Assembly: GCF_009914755.1 (NCBI RefSeq)
Contig: NC_060932.1
Strand: one strand, 5' to 3'
DNA from: the human T2T-CHM13v2.0 reference genome, Homo sapiens
Length of the DNA stretch: 64,000 nt
A model generated the notes under the pieces. That model saw only the letters and a program-made list of their open reading frames with translations. It searched no databases and was not told the DNA's origin. Shown here one piece after another: positions 26,626 through 40,165 of the stretch. The translations under genes and the position numbers were made by a program. Numbering within the stretch: position 1 is the stretch's first letter; each line of letters opens with the position of its first letter.

Positions 26626-27329
26626 AGTACTATAATTTAGATAAATGTTGTCCTTATAGTCAAATGACCCACTACTTAGCCCTGTTTCCTAGAGTCTAGC
26701 TTCTAAGCTCTGTGAGTAGCCTTTCTTCAGATTTATATCCACTGAGCTTTAATCTCATCTGTTCCGCTTCAGTTTCTCTTACATAGAGCTCCTATTTCTA
26801 AATCCACAGATCTACTAGGAGCTCCTCATTTCTTTAGAACATTGCTTCATAGTATTACCATCATGGTACACAACTCTAAGGCAGGACCCTAGAGGAAGAG
26901 GTCTCCAGGAAACAGGGATACAAGGACCAGGAAAGGACTAATGCTTACCAAGTCTGTGGGATACCCAAACCTAGATAATTCATATTAACCAGGAATAATA
27001 GGGAGGTAACAGTGAATGGGAAAAGGGCTCAGATATTGTTAAATAGGATTTGCTATAACAGTCCCTAGTCCTTAAAAACCTAGAAGGGATTTATTGGTGG
27101 AACTAAATAGGTAGACTTGGGCTGCCTTTTGATGAGTAAGCATAAGTCTTTCTGAGTGAGGTAACTTTCCTTAGAGTTACTTGAAGTACTAATAGAGAGT
27201 GGCTTCATACTCTATATACTAATGAAGACAAATATTTCTTCCCTTTTTTATTCCAAATTTAGATGTAGTCTTGTGACATCCTATGAAGGTAACAAAGCCC
27301 AAGAGAATTCTTGAACTGGGTTCTTGCCA

Positions 27330-28560
27330 TGAGTTTTTTCTCATTTCAATTAATAATGCCACTGTTCACTATTACTCAGGTCAAAACCTAGGCATTGGCC
27401 TTAATTCCTCTTTTCATTTCATACCCCACCCCTAATGCATCAGCAAGTCATGTTAACCCTCCCTTCAAATATTTCTGAATTCTAACCATCTAACCATTTC
27501 TTACCACCTCCATTGCTCCTCCCACTTAGGATAAGCCACTATCCACTCTAACTTGGAATATTTCAATCACCTCCTAATTGATCACTTGGCTTCCCCTCTT
27601 GCTTCTCCAATTGTGTTAGGCTGTTCTTGCACTGCTCTAAAGAAATACCAGAGACTGAGTAATTTATAAAGAAAAGAGGTTTAATTGGCTCATGGCTCTG
27701 CGGGCTGTAAAGGAATCACGGCACCAACATCTTCTCAGCTTCTGGTGAGGCCTCAGGAAGTTTCCAATCATGGTGGAAGGCAAAGGAGGAGCTGGCAGGC
27801 TACATGGCCAGAGCAGGAGCAAAAGAGAGATAGTTGGGAGGGAAGTGGACATACACTTTTAGAGGAACAGATCTCGTGAGAACTCACTCACTTTCCCAAG
27901 GACAGTACCAAGGGGATGGTGCTAAACCATTCATAAGAAGTCCACCCCCTCGATCCAATCACCTCCCACCAGGCCCCACCTCCCACATTGGGGATTACAA
28001 TTCAACATGAGATTTAGAGGGGAAACAGATAGAAACTCTATCAGCAATTTCCAAACATGGCCAAATTGATCTCTTAAAATGTAAATCAGATTATATCATT
28101 CCCCTCCTTAAATCCTTCCAATATCTTGCCATGACACCCATAATAAAGTCTAGGTCCTTAACACGGCACACAAAAGTATTCCATGTCTTGTCTCCTACCT
28201 ACCTCTCTGACCTAATCACTTAACACTATCCAGCCACACTGACCTTCCTACTCCTCAAAATGCTAGACTCATTTGTATTTCAAGACCTTTATACTCATTC
28301 ATGCCATTCAGGTCTTTACTTAAATGTCATCCCCTTTAGAAATTAATTCCCTCATCATCTTATCAAAATTGGCTCTCCCCTTGCTCCCCTCCATCACTCT
28401 CGACCCCTTAATTTGCTTTATTTTTTCATAATACTTACCGTCCATCACCTGAAAATAATTATTTATTTATATGTTTATCTACCTTCTCATTCCCCATGCC
28501 CATCCTCAGGAAATTATAAGCTATCGCTTTGTTCAAGAAATACAGTTGAATGAGGAAATA
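27330..28560 (+). mobile_element. L2 fragment hosting an MSTA LTR
   Basis: Typical L2 3' text on both sides of 27612-28043. Confidence 0.7.
27612..28043 (-). mobile_element. MSTA solo LTR
   Basis: tgtgttagg...actctatca; TSD ccaat/gcaat. Confidence 0.9.
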
Positions 28561-31500
28561 AATGAGTTTTCTAATCCAATAGAGTCAATTAGTGACAAAT
28601 TAAAGTTGATTTTGTCTTAGAACTTTCAGAATAAGCATCTAAAAAGTTTTAAAAATGCTTAAAGAGGAACGCTTTGATTTCTCTGAGTTATCTAAAAAAT
28701 GGTCTTGTGTGGATTTTTGATGGATATAAAATGGAAAAATGATTGAGACTTATTTTTACCCTAAATTAAAGGAGATTAACATTTGACTTTTTAAGTGTGC
28801 TAATTGATGGAAGGCAGAAGTTCAACAGTACTTCTTGAATATTTACTATGTGTGACACATTTTTCTAGTTACTAGAAACTAGTTCTTGGAGATATTGTAA
28901 TGAACGAAGCAGATACCATAAAGTTTCTCTTCCTTCCTTTACCCTTGCATTCATTTTCCATCTCAGCAATATTCTTTACAATGAGAGTTTGGACTAATGT
29001 TTCCCCTTTTTATTATATTTTTTAAAGGAGGCAGTGGAGCATAATGGATGAGAGTGACGCTCTTGTTTTTAGAATGCGAGAATGTGGCAAGTTACTTGGC
29101 CTCTCTGCACTTCAGTTAAATGGAGATAAAAAAATAGTGCCTAACTCATGTGTTAATACATGACAGCCCTTGGAACAGTACTTAGCAATAATGTGGTGCT
29201 CAATAATTGCTAGTCATGATTATAATCATCATAATGAAATATTTTATATAAGGCTTGTCTATTAGTATTATTGGACAAATGTAATGTTGAACTATGTTGT
29301 GATAACATGGATGGATTTTCGAATTCAACATCTTATTTCAAAATAATGTGGAAAGCCTGAATTGTGAACACATAAATAAATGTGAATAGGGATACAACCA
29401 TTGAACAATAAAGAAGGCAGGGCAAAATGGGGACGTGTATAGGCAGGCTGGTAGACTTGCTAGTGGAAAAATATTCACCTTGAAATAATCATTCAGCAAA
29501 TATTTATTAAGTTCTTACTATGTGTCAGGCATCATACTAGGTGCCCCTAGCCTAAACAATATTGCTGAGCCATACACAATCCCTGCTATCCTGGAGTCTC
29601 ATTCTAGAGAGTCTGAGGTGAGGCAAATGGGTGAGGAAGAAACTAGGGAAGGCTTGAAGGGAGAGTAAAAAAATTGGAAAAAAAAATTAGGGAAATATGA
29701 AGTTTTGATGCTATATTGAAAATATATTTGAGTTTTAAATGAATTTAAAGTATGGCTAATTTGGTCCAGTTGTATAATTTCTCAAACAGCATTCAGCTAT
29801 TCCAGTACAAGCACAGAGAAGGTCGATAGCTGAGTTCAAGCAGTGGTTGGCTGGATTTTGGGCAGATGACTTTCAAATGAGAAATTCTAACTATTGGTCA
29901 TAAAATTTAAGCTGGGTAGGCAGCAGTGATGGTAAGAGAGTTAGACGGGAGAAAAATGATAGGATTAAAAAATTAAAAGTCTAGATGGTGTAAATTAAGA
30001 GTTTCAGTAGGAGTAATAGAGTGAGGCAGCTGGACGATGAGAGTACTACTTGAAGACTTTGAAGGTGGTGCATTTACTGGGGATAAGGTATTAAGGGGCA
30101 ACACAGAATTGTGAAGCTAAAATGGAAGCAAAAATCATTTTGGGAGAAGGTCAAGAAAAGTGGGCCAAGATGCTGGATGCGTCACTCAGAGGTTATTGAA
30201 ACTGCTGAGAATAAAGACGGGGTAGGCATAGAAGGGAAGGAAGTGAACCAGAAGCTCAAACTCAAGTATCTGCCAAGATCACATACATACATGAAGCAGC
30301 CACGAGAGCCTGCTCCTCAGCCTGCTCCAGCTGAATGCTGCCAGGCAGGAATGTGGACTCAGTATTGCCAAAGTTTATATCTTTTTCCAGAAATTTTTTT
30401 TGAACCACTTTGTGAAGACATGAATATATTGCCTATCCCACAAAATCAGCACCCATTCATTAAGAGTAACCGAAAAAATTGAGTCTGAACAATTTTTAAA
30501 ATGTATCATCTTGCAACAGACCTCTTCAAAATTGTCCAAGATAGTTTACCCCAAGTCTTCATTTTTTTCTCCCAAATTTATTCACCCAAATTCTTTATGG
30601 TTTATTGGAAATGAAGTCAATATTTAAAGTGCTACATCTATGAATTCAAAGTTCACATAAAATCTACATCAAAGACTGGAAGTAAGTAGGATCCTTTAGT
30701 GGTCTAGCTCATTTGCTTCTCCAAAAAGCATAATTTTTCATGAGACAAGAATTTATCCAACATAATGTTAAACACATGAAAGTTCAGTGATTACACAGCC
30801 TTTCTTTGGGGTTTCCACTAGTCAACTTACAGTTAATATGATTTTTACTTTACTTTGGGGAGAGTTGGTTATAATTCTCAAAGTCATTTTTTCCCATTAT
30901 ATTCCTGTTGTACAGATTAAATAACCTAAATCGTTTTATTTTCTCATCCCTTTTGTTTTTTAACTTTTGAATTGTTACCCTAGTTCCCTTTTAGCTATTG
31001 GGGGGTACAGAGGGAGACAATACTGGAGCCATCATACTTACCTTCCTAACTAATTATGACATCTCTAATGGTGTTATCAGATAAAACTCAGAATCCAGGT
31101 TCAGCGTGTTTCACTCTTGGTTCCCTCAAAGAGAATTGTTGGCTTTGGGGCCATAATCAGTATTGGGAACACTCTCACCTACTACCTGGCTGAGTCAAGA
31201 GGAAAGTAAACTTTTTGCTGAAACAACAAAAGAATGGGACACAGAAAATATAAATTTTCTTTTTTACTTTCATAGGTTGAATTTATCACTCTGCAAAGCA
31301 AAAAAAAAAAATTGTCTGATGATACTATAGCTTTTCTAAAACCAGAAAAATTATTGCACAAAAGTCTCTGAGTTGGAAAACAGTTTCTTACAGATCTGGA
31401 GTTGTGCTGCAGTAATTCTATTTTTTGATGATCAAAGTATCCTTAGCCAATCAGCTTCCCTCTAGTAAGGTCAAGGAAACTAATCAAACCCACATTATAA

Positions 31501-32269
31501 ACAACACTGAGAACAGAAGTAGAAAGAAATGAGGAAAGCAAGCATAATATATAATTGCTATTATTTAACAGGTGGTGGGAGAAAGGAAGCCTCTGCTTAG
31601 CAGAAGGTCTATTGAGTGTTCTAAGATTATGACGGCCACCAGAGACATGGCAGAAAGTGAGGGAAGCAGCCTAGTTTCAGTAATGAGCTCAGACAAGGAA
31701 GCAGTTTGTACCCATATCCCGCAGTGTGTAGAAGACATTCAAGAGGTAACTTTTAATTTACAAAGCCTTAGCTACCTCTGGCTCCTTTTGCATGGCAACA
31801 GCAGGTCGAAATTAATGGAGCAATTGTACGTTCAAGCAGCAGCTCTGGGAATTTGGACTTCTTCAAGATCTATTTGTGGCTTTGTACCACTTGGACTTTA
31901 GTTGCTAAAATAGTCTCAGTTAATTCTTTTTCCAAGATGAAGTTTCAGTCATATGAGATGAACCAAATACAAGTGATTAAAAAAGGGATTTTTACAAAGT
32001 CTTGGAATCATACGGTTTTCTTCCACATGTTTCTTCACCATGTGCCTCACTCATTCCTTCCTTTCTTAAGCCATAATTTAAAAAACAGTGGTCCCCATCT
32101 TTTAATCCACTTCCTTGCTATTCCCTCATTCCTGCATTGATCTTTTTCCACCTTTACCAAGACACAGAAACTGGCAAATGTGACCAGCGACCAATACCCT
32201 TTTTAGTCTTTATCTTACTACATTATTCTCCTGCTTCTGATCATGTGGATTTATGTTTCTTGAAATGCT

Positions 32270-32402
32270 TTTAATATAGAACTTATGAGAGGTCATTGTT
32301 TTGGACTGAGCTCTTGTACTAGACCCCAACAGATCAGACCAAACCAGAATGGAGTCATTCATACTAGATGCTATGTAATCAAACTTAACTTCAAAAAGGG
32401 CC
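32270..32402 (+). mobile_element. MER31/MER67-like LTR 5' fragment
   Basis: gaggtcattgttttggactgagctc...aatggagtcattcat. Confidence 0.65.
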
Positions 32403-33207
32403 AGAATGGCTAATAAAAGCTAATTAGATCTTTCAACTCAATTTGTTGAAATCTTGTTCTTTGACACTCTTTACTTCCTAGACTTCTGTTGTATATTCTC
32501 TTTAATTATTCCTTCTGAGTCTCCTATTTCTGTCTGCTCTTTAAAATACTTTTGCTCTCATTCCATTTTCTATAACCAACTGTTCTAAACCATATTTTAT
32601 TGCTTTAAACACCACTTATGCAATACTAATACTAATTTACAAGTTGTATTTCTAGATCTGCCCCTTCTGTGAGTTCAGACTTGAATATCCAAATGCCTGC
32701 TGGATACATCAGTGTGGTTGTCCTATGGGCATACAAACAAACACATCCTTCATATTCTCTCCTTCCCTTTTGCTCCAATTTCACTAGATGCTACCAAAAT
32801 TCACCCAGATACCCAGGCCAGAGGCCATAGAAATTTGTTGATGCTTCCTAAGACCTCACTCCTCATCATCTCTACCTTCATTTCATCCACACCTCTGATG
32901 AAATGCAAACATAATCATCAAGACATGTTGGTTCCAGCTGCAAAATAGTTCTACTCTCTACTACCTCACTTGGGAAAAATACAGTCAATAGATGCCGATG
33001 CCAATTCTAAGCCACAGATGTTGGAATTATCTGAAAAAAAAACTTTAAAGCAGTGATTATAAAAATGCTCCAGCAAGCAACTCTTACAAAAATTTTATTG
33101 GCTTTATCAATTATTGAAAGAGGTAGGTTAAAATCTCCTGCTATGATTGTGGTTTTGTCAATGCTTCAATAAATTCTAAGTGGGTAAAAGACTTCAATAT
33201 AAAGAAC

Positions 33208-33538
33208 TGTTGCAGGACTTTTCCTTAGTTCAGCTAAAGATAAGGTCCTTGTCCGTCCCATGGCCATGAAAATTTAGGCTTGCAGGTGGTTCGAAGGGTG
33301 AGTAAAGCAGGGTTTTATTGGGTGAAAAGGAAGAAAAGGAGGAAACAGAGACTCTCGCTAGGCCAGAGTCCCTGCTAGAGCACTTCCCGCCAGGCCTTTG
33401 GAATCTGAGGTTCCACACAGGAAGAAGAGAGGCCAGGCTCCTTCCCACTGCAAAGGGCTCGAACTTCCTGAGGCTCCACTGCAGTGGGCAGGCTATTTGA
33501 AGTTTCTCCAGGGACCCGCCTCCCACCTGGCTGTCTCA
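33208..33538 (-). mobile_element. MER61-family solo LTR (ERV1)
   Basis: tgttgcagg...ctgtctca; perfect 4-bp TSD gaac; homologous to the LTRs at 41327 and 54021. Confidence 0.88.
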
Positions 33539-33549
33539 GAACTCTATAA

Positions 33550-35000
33550 CCATAAAATCTATGCCAGTTCCTCAGTCTTTCCTTGCTTATTATGAACTTG
33601 ATACTTTTGAAAAGTACTAATCAGTTATTGTGTACAATATCTCTTAAATTGGGGTTTTCTCATGTTTTCTCCTGATTAGATTGAGTTTGTACATTTTTGG
33701 TAAGACTACCACAGAATAGATGTACCTTTATTTTTTCCTCTGTAATTAATATCTTGGGGGGTGATATTTTGAGACTGTGCAAATATTCTATTTCTCCTCA
33801 AACATTAGATCACAAATTTTGGCATTGATTGATGGTTCTTGCCTGCAACAATTATTATTGTGGTATTTTCATGGTGACTTTCTATTTTCCTCATTCTGCC
33901 TACATTTATTAATTGGAATTCTTCTGTAAGGAAGAGCTGTGCCTTCTTCCTTTTTAATTTGTTCATACAAGGTATTTATATCAGTATATACTCATGTATT
34001 TTTCTTTTATTCTTTACATTATAATCTAATAACTATTTTGTTGTTGTTGTTGTTGCTCAAACTGTTTCAGCCTTGGCCATTGGGAGCTCTTTCTGACTGG
34101 CTCCAGAGCTTTCCCAATATGACCCATCCTGATCCTTTTTGAATTTTTAAAAACTTTCAGGTACTGTAAGATGCTCCAGGCTTATCTTGTATTTTTCATG
34201 TCCCAGACCTGGAATCAAGCACTTCTTTAAGAAGCCCTGGTTCTTATTGGAGAATGGTATATCATGCTCCAATAGAACCATTATCTGGGTGTACTCATTC
34301 TTACTGGGCTGTCATTTGTTCTAGGCTCACTTAGTGAACAGAGAATACACACACACACACACACATACACACACACACACACACACACAGGCGCATACAT
34401 AGCAAATTTCTTTCTTTGGGTATCTATCTCAATACATACATTTTAAAAACAATGAGTTTGTACCAATACCTCAGATTTCAAAGAATTCTATCCTTCTCCC
34501 TTTCCTTATTTGTAACTTCTTTCTCTGACAGTGACAAATCTGGCTCTTGAATCTAAGCTATATTTACTTATTAATTAAACCTTACTATATACATAGTTTG
34601 TGAATTGCCAACCCATGCATTTGTGGACAATTTTTTCTGTTTTAATCCTGCTGAAAATCTGTTTTGCAAAGTAGGTTAGTTCTTTACTATTCCATCTCTC
34701 TCAGGATGGTTACATTCATTTATAACTCAGCTAGGTTTCTTTGCTCTTTTTTACCCCAAAAAATCTTTTATAATGAAAAAAATAGGTTTATTTTTTAGTC
34801 TGTGTTTCCTTTTAAGTTCCTCCTACATAGAGATTTTTTGTTGATTTTAAGTATACATATAATAAAATTCACTTTTTGTGGTGTAGTTTTTATAGGGTTT
34901 GACAAATGCATAAACTTTTAAGTTCACCATCACAGTCATGATACAAAATATTTCTATCACCCAAAAAATTCCCTTATAAATAAGCATTTTTAACATAAAA
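33550..35000 (-). mobile_element. Old L1 (L1MC/ME-like) 3' fragments
   Basis: Reverse L1MC4-type 3' UTR text (ccttggccattgggagctcttt, tgtaagatgctccaggctt). Confidence 0.65.
34347..34389. repeat. (CA)n microsatellite, about 21 units with one interruption
   Basis: Read directly from the sequence. Confidence 0.97.
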
Positions 35001-35227
35001 AATTTTAAAAAGAAAAAAGACTAACCATAAATAAGATAATTAAAGATTTTAACTCCATAAAATATGGTTCAAGTTGTTGATTTTTTTAATTGGTCATTTT
35101 AATACTTTGTTCTTCAAATATCATATTTGGTTTACAAATTTTATAGTCTTTACTGAGATGTATTTTAAATTAACCTTATCAGGGTCTAATTTGTAAAAAC
35201 TAAACTAAAATTTAAAGTATAAAATTC

Positions 35228-35675
35228 TTTGAAGAAGAGGCAGAGGAGGTGAGAAAGAAGGGAAAATCAGAGAGATTTGAATTGTGAGAAGGATTCAAAC
35301 AGCCAGTGCTATCTTTGACTATGGAGAAAGGCAGCTTTCACCAAGGAATGCAGGATGGCCTCTAGAAACTGAGAACGATGCCCAGTGCCCGGTAAACAGC
35401 CAGCAGGAAAAAAGGGACCTCAGTCCTATAACTACATTATTTACAACTGAATTCTGACAGCAACTTGAATGAGCTTCAAAGTGGATATATCCCCAGAACC
35501 TCCAGAAACATGGTGTGCTCACCGTGTTGCTATCTGGATTTTAGCCCTGTGACAGGGAAACCAGCTAAGCCTGCCAGATTTTTGACCTACAGAATTACAA
35601 GATAATACATTTATATCATATTAAGCCCCGAAATTTGACATAATTTGTTGCAGCAGCAATAGAAAACTAAATACC
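35228..35675 (+). mobile_element. MLT1 (D/E-like) LTR, 3' part
   Basis: ccaaggaatgcaggatggcctctagaa...gcagcaatagaaaactaaatac. Confidence 0.75.
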
Positions 35676-36084
35676 ATGGAAAACTGATGAAACCCAAAAA
35701 AGTCCGTGGTTTTAATAATATACCAATGTTACCGTCTTACTTTTAGAAAATATGCCAAATCATTATGTAAGATGTTAACACCAGTGTAAACTGGGTGAAT
35801 TGTTTACAGGAGCTCTCTGTATGATGCAACTTTCTGTAAATCCAAATTTCTTCAAAAATAAAATGTTCATTACTAAAAAAACTATGAATTCTGATAAATA
35901 TATGTGCCTGTGAAACCAGCAGCAGAATCAAGATGCAGAATGTCTCTAACAACTGCAAACGTTTTCTCATGCCTCCTTGCAACCATTCTTTCCCTCCACT
36001 TTCACCATAGGCAGCCATTGATCTATTTTCCCTATAAAAATTTTATAGATGTATTCCATTTTAATTTTTCTATTAGTTTACTGG

Positions 36085-36629
36085 TGTATTAGTCAAGGTT
36101 CTCTAGAGGGATGGAACTAATAGATGTATATATTAAGGGGAGTTTATTAGGAGAATTGACTCACATGATCACAAGGTGAAGTCCCACAATAGGCCAACTG
36201 CAAGCTGAGGAGCCAGGATGCCAGTCAGTCTCAAAACCTCAAAAGTAGGGAAGCCAGTAGTGCAGCCTTCAGTCTGTGGCCAAAGGCCTGAGAGCCCATG
36301 GCAAATCACTGGTGTAAGTCCAAGAGTTCAAAAGCTGAAGAACCTCGAGTCTGATGTTCGAGGGCGGGAAGCATCCAGCATGAGAGAAAGATGAAGGCCA
36401 GAAGACTTAGCCAGTCTAATCTTTCCATGTTCTTCTGCCTGCTTTTATTCTGGCCACGTTGGCAGCTGATTAGATTGTGCCCACCTAGGTTGAAGGTGGG
36501 TCTGCATTTCCCAGTCCACTCACTGACTCAAATATTATCTCCTTTGATAACAGCCTCAAAGACACAGCCAGGAACAATACTTTGCATCCTTCAACCCAAT
36601 GAAGTTGACACTCAATATTAACCATCACA
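36085..36629 (-). mobile_element. MLT2A (HERV-L) solo LTR, MLT2A2-like
   Basis: tgtattagtc...ttaaccatcaca, 545 bp; TSD actgg/actag. Confidence 0.9.
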
Positions 36630-36634
36630 ACTAG

Positions 36635-37865
36635 CTATATCTTTTGCATTCATTTTTAGTTGCTCTACGGATTATGTGCATCTTTAACTTATCCCAATCT
36701 ACTTAGAGTTAATATTTAATTATTTCAGGTGAAACACAGGAAACTTACAACAATATAATTTCATGTACCCCCATCTTTAGTACTGTTGTTATACATATGT
36801 ATCAGTGGATATAGATACAGATTTGTGTGCATGTGTGTTACAAAACCAACAGTACAGTGTTATGTTTGCTTTATAATGTTTGTTTTAAATTATGTCAAAA
36901 CAAAAAGAAAAAAAGCAAAAAAAAAATTTTTAATGTTATACGTCCTTGAAAAAATTAAGAAGAAAAACTAAATATATATATAATTACATTTAACCACCAG
37001 CTTATCATTTCCAGTATTTTTCATTTCTTCTTGTATATTTGAATCATTATATGGAGTTATTTTCTTTCTACCTGATAAACTTTCTTCAGTATTTCTTGTA
37101 GTACAGATCTGCTGGTTCCTAACTGAGTTGTTTACTTGAAAATTTCTGTATTTTATATTGATTATTGAAGGTTAGTTTCACAAGACAAAAAATTATTGAT
37201 TCCCAGGCATTAATGATATTATTGTTTCCTTGTCTGTAAAATGTCACCTTTTTGTGGTTACTTCCAAGACTCTTTTAATCTTTGGCTTTCATCAGTTTGA
37301 CTCTAATATACCTAAATATTTTCTTTGTATTTATTCTGCTAGAGTTTCATGGAACTTCTTGGATCTGTAAGCTGATGTTTTCTACCAAATTTGGAAAGGT
37401 TTCACCTATGATTTCCTCAAATATATTTAAGCTCCTTTCTTTCTCTCTTCTTCTGGGACCCCGGTTACATATATATTGAATTGCTTGGTAGTGCTTCAAT
37501 GGTCTTTGAAGATCTATTTCTCCATAAAACAAAATAAAGTATTGACACATGTTACAACATAGACAGACCCTGAAAACTGGGGAGTGAAAGAACCCAGGCA
37601 TAAAAGGCCACATAGTGTATTAATTTATTTAAATGAAACGTCCTTAATAGGCAAGTTTATAGAGACAGAAAGTGGAGCAGTAGGGGATGGAGGGAGGAGG
37701 GAAGAGGTATAGGACTGCTAATGGTTATAGGGTTCTTTTTAGGGTGATGACAATGTTCTGGATTAGATAGTGATGATGGTTTCACAACCTTGTGAACATA
37801 CTAAAATCCACTAACTATACACTTTGAAAACCATGAATTTTATGGTATGTAAATTATTTCTATTT
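36635..37865. mobile_element. Old L1 fragments: minus ORF1-region relic to ~37520, plus-strand L1MB 3' end ~37520-37865
   Basis: IFEEIIGETFPNLVENISLQIQE is L1 ORF1-like; L1MB-type 3' UTR follows. Confidence 0.7.
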
Positions 37866-38177
37866 TAGAAAAGGGGGAGGGAGGAAAAGATTCCAACAAA
37901 AGAGACCAAGAAATAGAGAGGTAGAGAAAGAACTAGGAGGTAATCAGAAGAGAGAAAACAGCTTCAAGGAGTGAATTTTCAACAGTGTCAAATATGGTGG
38001 GTAGAGGACTGAAAAATAACTATTGGTCTGGGAACTGGGATAAAATCTGTCATCTTAGTGAGAGGCCCTTCAGTGGGTTGGAGAGAGAAACCAAGGAACA
38101 GTGTATGAAGAGGAAAATGGAAAACAAGAAATAGAAATAGCAATTATTTGTTATTTCTTCTGGAAGCTTTACTTGGT

Positions 38178-38843
38178 AGGAAAAAACAGGTGCTGGAGAG
38201 GATGTGGAGAAATAGGAAAACTTTTACACTGTTGATGGGACTGTAAACTAGTTCAACCATTGTGGAAGTCAGTGTGGCGATTCCTCAGGGATCTTGAACT
38301 AGAAATACCATTTGACCCAGCCATCCCATTACTGAGTATATACCCAAAAGATTATAAATCATGCTGCTATAAAGACACATGCACACCTATGTTTATTGCG
38401 GCACCATTCACAATAGCAAAGACTTGGAACCAACCCAAATGTCCAACAATGATAGACTGGATTAAGAAAATGTGGCACATAGACACCATGGAATACTATG
38501 CAGCCATAAAAATGATGAGTTCATGTCCTTTGAAGGGACATGGATGAAGCTGGAAACCATCATTCTCAGCAAACTATCGCAAGGACAAGAAACCAAACGC
38601 CGCATGTTCTCACTCATATGTGAGAATTGAACAATGAGAACACATGGACACAGGGAGGGGAACATCACACACTGGGGCCTGTTGTGGGGTGGGGGGAGGG
38701 GAGAGGGATAGCATTAGGAGATAAACCTAATGTTAAATGACGAGTTAATGGGTGCAGCACACCAACATGGCACATGTATACATATGTAACTAACCTGCAC
38801 GTTGTGCACATGTACCCTAAAACTTAAAGTATAATAAAAAAAA
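38178..38843 (+). mobile_element. 5'-truncated young L1PA (L1PA3/4-like) 3' end
   Basis: ORF2 C-terminus WKSVWRFLRDLELEIPFDPAIPLL...MEYYAAIK, G-rich tract, aataaa and A tail. No clear TSD. Confidence 0.93.
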
Positions 38844-39944
38844 GGAGGTATATGTTTTTATATAAAAACTAATTTTCTCAGCTTTAAATTATTTTACATA
38901 TAACCAATGAAACTATAAAAAAAACTATAATTGAGATAATTTAGATTGTTTTTTGAAAAAGAATAGTTTTTCCTGGCATCATTTAACCCCATATCATTAT
39001 TTAATATCAATATAAAATGCATAGTGGTTTTCCTATAATTAACAGGCTTTAGAATAATTCCTATTTTATGTTTGATTTCCTACTAATGTTCTATTGCTTC
39101 ATACTACCTTAGTATTTTGCTAATATGCCAAGGCTATGAAAATTCTTTTTCCAATGTAAAGATTAAGTAATGCATCACCTAAAGGTACATATTTCCTTTT
39201 CTATTTTCTGTCCTTTTAAAATGCATATACATTGCATTTGGTTTGTAGTGAAAAGTAATCAAGTAATTTCAAAAGAAAGGGTTAATGCGATTTAAGTCAC
39301 TGCCAATGTAAGCACCTTAAGTTTGGCTTATTACACTTTTCAGTAAGAAAGTTTCATTAAATTTGTTCTGTGCTTTTTTTATAGACACTTTTACATGTTT
39401 TATGAACACTTAAAAAACTTAGGAATAGCAACTCTCACCAAATAACTTGACTCTATATTTTTAACAGATCTCTTTTCTATACCTCAAATAGTTCTAAAAA
39501 GACCAAGGCAAAAACATTTAATATATATTTCTATACATTTAACTCATTCAGAGGGAGGATTATGTTCACGCTCTTCAGGTATTCATTTGTTTCACTGATA
39601 GTAAATTAAAAAAAAAAAAACTAGCAGCTGAGACAAATACAAATGATCCTTCACTATCTTTAACTGTATGTTCTCTAAGAAAGGATTTTTCTTACCATGG
39701 TCATTTCATTTCCCCGAACCTGTTCTCTTGTCTATAAAAGATAGAGATTGGATCAAGAGGTCCACGGACATTCACACCCTCTCTGTATTCAGAAATGAGC
39801 TTTTCCCTGATAGATGCTTGTGCCAGTCATTTATATATTGTATCTGAGCTCCAAATCTGTTCTTTTGTGCTCCACTCTGATACTGCGGGGCTAGCAAACT
39901 GCCCTTCCAGGACTGCATTGTCATCTGTCTTTTAGTTTCTGTGA

Positions 39945-40165
39945 AAGCAAGGTTTCTCAACCGCAGCACTCCTGACATTTTGGGCTGTATAATTGTGTGT
40001 CAACGAGAACTATCCTGTGCATTGGTAGCATGCTAAGCAGGATCCCTGGCCTCTAACATCAGATGGCAACAACATTTTCCACCCACGTTGTGAAAACCAA
40101 AAAGTCTCCAGACATTGCCAATGTTCCCTGGAGAGCAAAATCACCTTAGCTGAGAAACATTGTGC
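39945..40165 (+). mobile_element. MER20 hAT element inside an old ERVL LTR (~39820-40410)
   Basis: ggtttctcaacc...gtctccagacattgccaatgttccctgg...gctgagaaac. Confidence 0.8.

Noticed and set aside
30111-30482. 123-aa plus ORF
   Set aside because: GTG start, begins in L2-like sequence, no recognisable domain.
33208-33538. Possible p53 response element, since some MER61 subfamilies carry one
   Set aside because: I saw no clear tandem RRRCWWGYYY in any of the three LTR copies.
38683-38708. G-quadruplex-like tract
   Set aside because: Standard L1PA 3' UTR G-rich tract.
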